This document shows, piece by piece, positions 61,012-64,000 of a stretch of 64,000 nt of DNA (position 1 is the stretch's first letter; the number at the start of each line of letters is the position of its first letter). The DNA comes from Dehalococcoidia bacterium (GTDB taxonomy: Bacteria; Chloroflexota; Dehalococcoidia; Lucifugimonadales; UBA3495), in contig JASLXV010000020.1 in NCBI GenBank assembly GCA_030740155.1, positions 1 through 64,000 on the forward strand, written 5' to 3'. The notes beneath the pieces were generated by a model that was not told the DNA's origin, searched no databases, and saw only the letters and a list, made by a program, of their open reading frames with translations. Made by a program: the position numbers and the translations under genes.

Positions 61012-61554
61012 ATGGTTAGTCGGTCTGATCAGTTGGTGACTCTGGACCCTCGTGACGAGGGTGTTCCCAATACGGATGTCCTCGCCAAGCGCCCGACCAC
61101 TCTGGACGGCAAAATCATCGGCCTCCTGTCCAACCGGAAGCCCCACGCCGATGAGCTGCTCCGCATGATCGCGGACGCGATTGGGGAGCGTTATTCCCTC
61201 AAGGGCGTGGTGGAGATCAGCAAGGCAAGCCATCAGTGGCCCGCCGGCCCCGATATCCTCAAGGAGATGGCTGGGCAGTGCGACGTGATAATTCACGCCA
61301 CGGCCGAATGAGGCTCCTGTACGTCGTGCAGTGTGCACGACGCGATGGAAGCGGAGCTTCTGGGCGTGCCCTCCACGGTGCTGTGCACCAAGCCCTTCGT
61401 TACCCAGGCCCACGCCATGTCCCGGATGCGGGGTGACGCAACCTATGGTTTGGCCATCGTCGACCACCCAATTGGGACCCTGACCGAGAAGGAGCTTCTG
61501 GAGCGGGCCCGGACGGCGGCGCTCCAGGCTATCGAGCACCTGGTCGCCCACTGA
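61012..61554 (+). CDS. UGSC-motif selenoprotein, Sec at TGA 61309-61311
   Basis: 61012..61311 and 61333..61554 share a frame: HATAE-U-GSCTSCSVHD...GVPSTVLCT..F...A...HPIG. Confidence 0.88.
61322..61342 (+). promoter_or_regulatory. Candidate SECIS hairpin
   Basis: CGTCGTGCA-GTG-TGCACGACG; 9 perfect bp at the same offset from the TGA as the 49186 hairpin. Confidence 0.7.
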
Positions 61555-61608
61555 GCCTGGGCCGGGCCAGCCGGGTTTGGTCCGCTCACCTAGTCTCGCT
61601 TTGGCCGA

Positions 61609-61653
61609 GAAAATCCCCCTGTGCCCCCTCATTAGAAGGGGGGCACAGGGGGT
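61609..61653. repeat. REP-like family A palindrome between convergent genes
   Basis: CCCCCTGTGCCCCC...GGGGGCACAGGGGG. Confidence 0.7.
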
Positions 61654-61728
61654 CTCTTCGTTGCAAGCTTGGCGTCTTAGGTTCTAGGTAATTGGGCGAC
61701 GGTGGATGACGTTGAGCCTGGCCCCGGG

Positions 61729-62850
61729 CTAGACCAGCACCACGGCGCCCTGCAACTGTTGCAACACATCCACAGCGCCCTGGACCAGTTCGTCCATTAT
61801 CCTGGCGGCGGGCTTGGGGTCCTTGAGCATACCGCCGATCTGGCCTGCCGGGCTGTTTATCAAGTCATGCCGTCCCGCTTTGGACGCCGCCTCCACGAAG
61901 TCTTCCATCAAGGCCCCCTGCAAGGGCATGGGCAACGGGTCCAGGTCGGCATTCTCCCACGCATCGATGACCACGTTCTTGTAGTCTCGGGCGGTCTTTC
62001 CGGTGTAGGACCGGGTGATCACGAAGTCTTCGGTGGCTCCCCCGAGGATGTCAGCCTTATGGCGGTCCGGGATCATGCTCTCCTCAGCCACCAGGAAGGC
62101 GGTCCCGACCCAGGCTCCCACGGCGCCCAAGGCCAGGGCGGCGGCGACACCTCGCCCGTCTCCGATGCCTCCCGCCGCGATCACCGGAAGCGGCGAGACC
62201 GCGTCCACGACCTGAGGGATCAGGGGGAAGCTCGCAATCCTGCCGGTATGGCCACCGGCCTCGTGCCCCTGGGCCACGACAATATCCACTCCGGCCTCAA
62301 CCTGCCGCCGGGCATGGCGCACCGAGCCCGCCATGCCGAAGACGGTGATGTCTTTCTCGCGGGCCAACGGGACCACCCAGGACGGGTCTCCCAGGGCCGC
62401 CGCGAACACGGGCACCCTCTCCTCCAACACCACGTCGACCTGGCCCTGGATGTTCTTGCGGGTGACCGGCCGCTTCTTTTCGGTGAATTCGTCCGGAAGA
62501 TCGAACTCGCGCATCAGACTCCGCACGAACGCCACGTGTTTGGGATAGTCACGCTGAAGCTGCTCACGGATTCCTGCCCGGGTGTCCTCGGACTCGGCAA
62601 GCCTGGCGGGCAGGAGCAAGTCCACCCCGAAGGGCTTGTCCGTCAGGGCGCGAACCTCTCGAATGCGCGTGCTGATCTCCTCGGGGCTCATCCCCGAACC
62701 GCCAATGACTCCCAGACCGCCGGCGTTGGAGACGGCGGCCACCAACGCGGGCGGCGTGGCGTTGCCTCTTCCGCCCATTCCTGCCAAGCAGATGGGGTAC
62801 TCGATACCAAGACGTTCGCAGAGTGGGGTGCGCAGTACATGCCTTTCCAT
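61729..62850 (-). CDS. Nitronate monooxygenase / FabK-like FMN-dependent oxidoreductase
   Basis: LGIEYPI, AVSNAGGLG, QGHEAGGHTG, AAGGIGDGRG, WVGTAFL. Confidence 0.9.
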   Translation of the reverse strand: MERHVLRTPLCERLGIEYPICLAGMGGRGNATPPALVAAVSNAGGLGVIGGSGMSPEEISTRIREVRALTDKPFGVDLLLPARLAESEDTRAGIREQLQRDYPKHVAFVRSLMREFDLPDEFTEKKRPVTRKNIQGQVDVVLEERVPVFAAALGDPSWVVPLAREKDITVFGMAGSVRHARRQVEAGVDIVVAQGHEAGGHTGRIASFPLIPQVVDAVSPLPVIAAGGIGDGRGVAAALALGAVGAWVGTAFLVAEESMIPDRHKADILGGATEDFVITRSYTGKTARDYKNVVIDAWENADLDPLPMPLQGALMEDFVEAASKAGRHDLINSPAGQIGGMLKDPKPAARIMDELVQGAVDVLQQLQGAVVLV

Positions 62851-63309
62851 TCGGGTGCCTCCTCGCCTAACTCACTGTGCTTATTTCAGGGTTTCCTCAG
62901 CAATATCAGAGGGACAATACCAGAGGTGCTCCACCGGGCATGAGAACAGGGGCCGGCCCGTGTCGCCGGGGTCATGGGCTTTGGTCCGATGGCGGCCCGG
63001 CTGCTACTGTATAGTGAACCGTTTTGGCTGTCAATTCCGGCGGCTGAGTCGATTGGTGCGACCTGAACAAAATGGCAGGCCCGGCGGTGTGGAAATCCCC
63101 CTCGGTCCCCCTTTACCAAAGTGGGATGAAAGGGTTGCTGTTCACCGCCGATGACGTCGAATGAGGTTGACGGTCAACGCAACGATGAGCGGGTTGGGTG
63201 GGGAGCAGGATACCACTTTCGTCATTGAGCACCGGCCTGGCAGGAGCCAAGCGCGCGCCCGCATTGTATAATCGGCCCAACCGATCCGAACCGAAGAAGG
63301 GGCTCGATC

Positions 63310-63765
63310 ATGAAGAAGGGAGGCCGACGGACTACCCTAGATGACTCGCTACCGGGTTCTCCGGGAGGCCCGGACGTCCGGACCATCATCCAAACCATGG
63401 AGGAACCCCGGGCCGCGCTGCTAACCGAGCTTCGCGACCTGGCGCTGGCGCTTCCCGGCGTGGCGGAACGGACGTTGTACGATGGCTTCTGCCGCCACTG
63501 GACCCCGGCGTACTACTCGGAAGGCACTCAACTCTTCCACGTCCACAACTTCCGCGCCGGGCTCAGAGCCACCATGTTCGTGGGGTCAAGGAAGCTGGAG
63601 CCGGTCATTTTGGAGTCGGAGCAGGTTCCCCACGAGCTGCGCCTCCTGGTGGCCGAGACCCCCGGCCCCCGGGGCAGAAAGGAAGTCCGGGTGCCCATTG
63701 CCTCTCCCGAGGACGTGGCCTCGTTCTGGGAGTTGGTGCGGGTGAAGTGGGAACTGGGGCGCTGA
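63310..63765 (+). CDS. Hypothetical protein
   Basis: 151-aa ORF with host-like codon usage; TATAAT at 63267-63272 upstream. Confidence 0.65.
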   Translation: MKKGGRRTTLDDSLPGSPGGPDVRTIIQTMEEPRAALLTELRDLALALPGVAERTLYDGFCRHWTPAYYSEGTQLFHVHNFRAGLRATMFVGSRKLEPVILESEQVPHELRLLVAETPGPRGRKEVRVPIASPEDVASFWELVRVKWELGR

Positions 63766-63831
63766 GAGAGGCAGACCTGGCGAATATCCTTGGTGACGTC
63801 AAACACGTAGCTGCGAGAAGGTGCGATCAGG

Positions 63832-63957
63832 TCAGGTCAGGTCAGCCAGGCCCCCGAGGGCAGCGCTGCCGCCGGCGGTCAAGACCACCACCAGCCAGGG
63901 CGGCCACTTCCAGAGCATAAGCAATCCCAGCGCCACAATTGCCTACCCGAAGTCGGC
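63832..63957 (-). pseudogene. C-terminal remnant of a ChrA-like chromate transporter
   Basis: Manual translation ADFG*AIVALGLLMLWKWPPWLVVVLTAGG resembles the ChrA C-terminus. In-frame TAG at 63943-63945 and an upstream stop at 63988-63990. Confidence 0.5.
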
Positions 63958-64000
63958 CCTACGAGGAGTCGCAAAGGGACGGAAGCCTCATCATCACCAC

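Noticed and set aside
8277..63945. Genome-wide TAG reassignment or pyrrolysine code
   Set aside because: Many genes end at TAG at their expected length (e.g. 12326, 31153, 35456), the four internal TAGs map to different residues, and no pyl genes are in the window.

Overview
A GC-rich bacterial window, inferred from gene content and conserved hypothetical motifs to come from Chloroflexota (Dehalococcoidia/SAR202-like); this was not checked against any database. Most of it is catabolic and redox genes: 3 MFS transporters, an arylsulfotransferase, 4 class III CoA-transferase subunits, 2 hydantoinase/oxoprolinase A+B pairs, an OYE-type flavoenzyme, hydrolases, PLP enzymes, SQR and an AddAB-like helicase-nuclease. 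Highlights: (1) Three genes that the ORF track splits at an in-frame TGA look like selenoproteins, each with a hairpin 10-11 nt after the TGA. One is deiodinase-like (SYT-U-PPF) and two are UGSC-motif proteins. (2) The UGSC domain occurs once fused to, and once next to, the same uncharacterised ~340-aa domain, which suggests a two-component selenoenzyme of unknown function. The two copies bracket item 3. (3) A five-gene periplasmic molybdoenzyme operon of the Nitrospira/anammox NXR type, with a near-consensus Rex operator upstream. (4) An unannotated ~166-nt rod-like ncRNA candidate behind a near-consensus sigma70 promoter. (5) At least six families of REP-like palindromic repeats. (6) Four in-frame TAG codons, several gene remnants and several single-base frameshifts, the last probably assembly errors.
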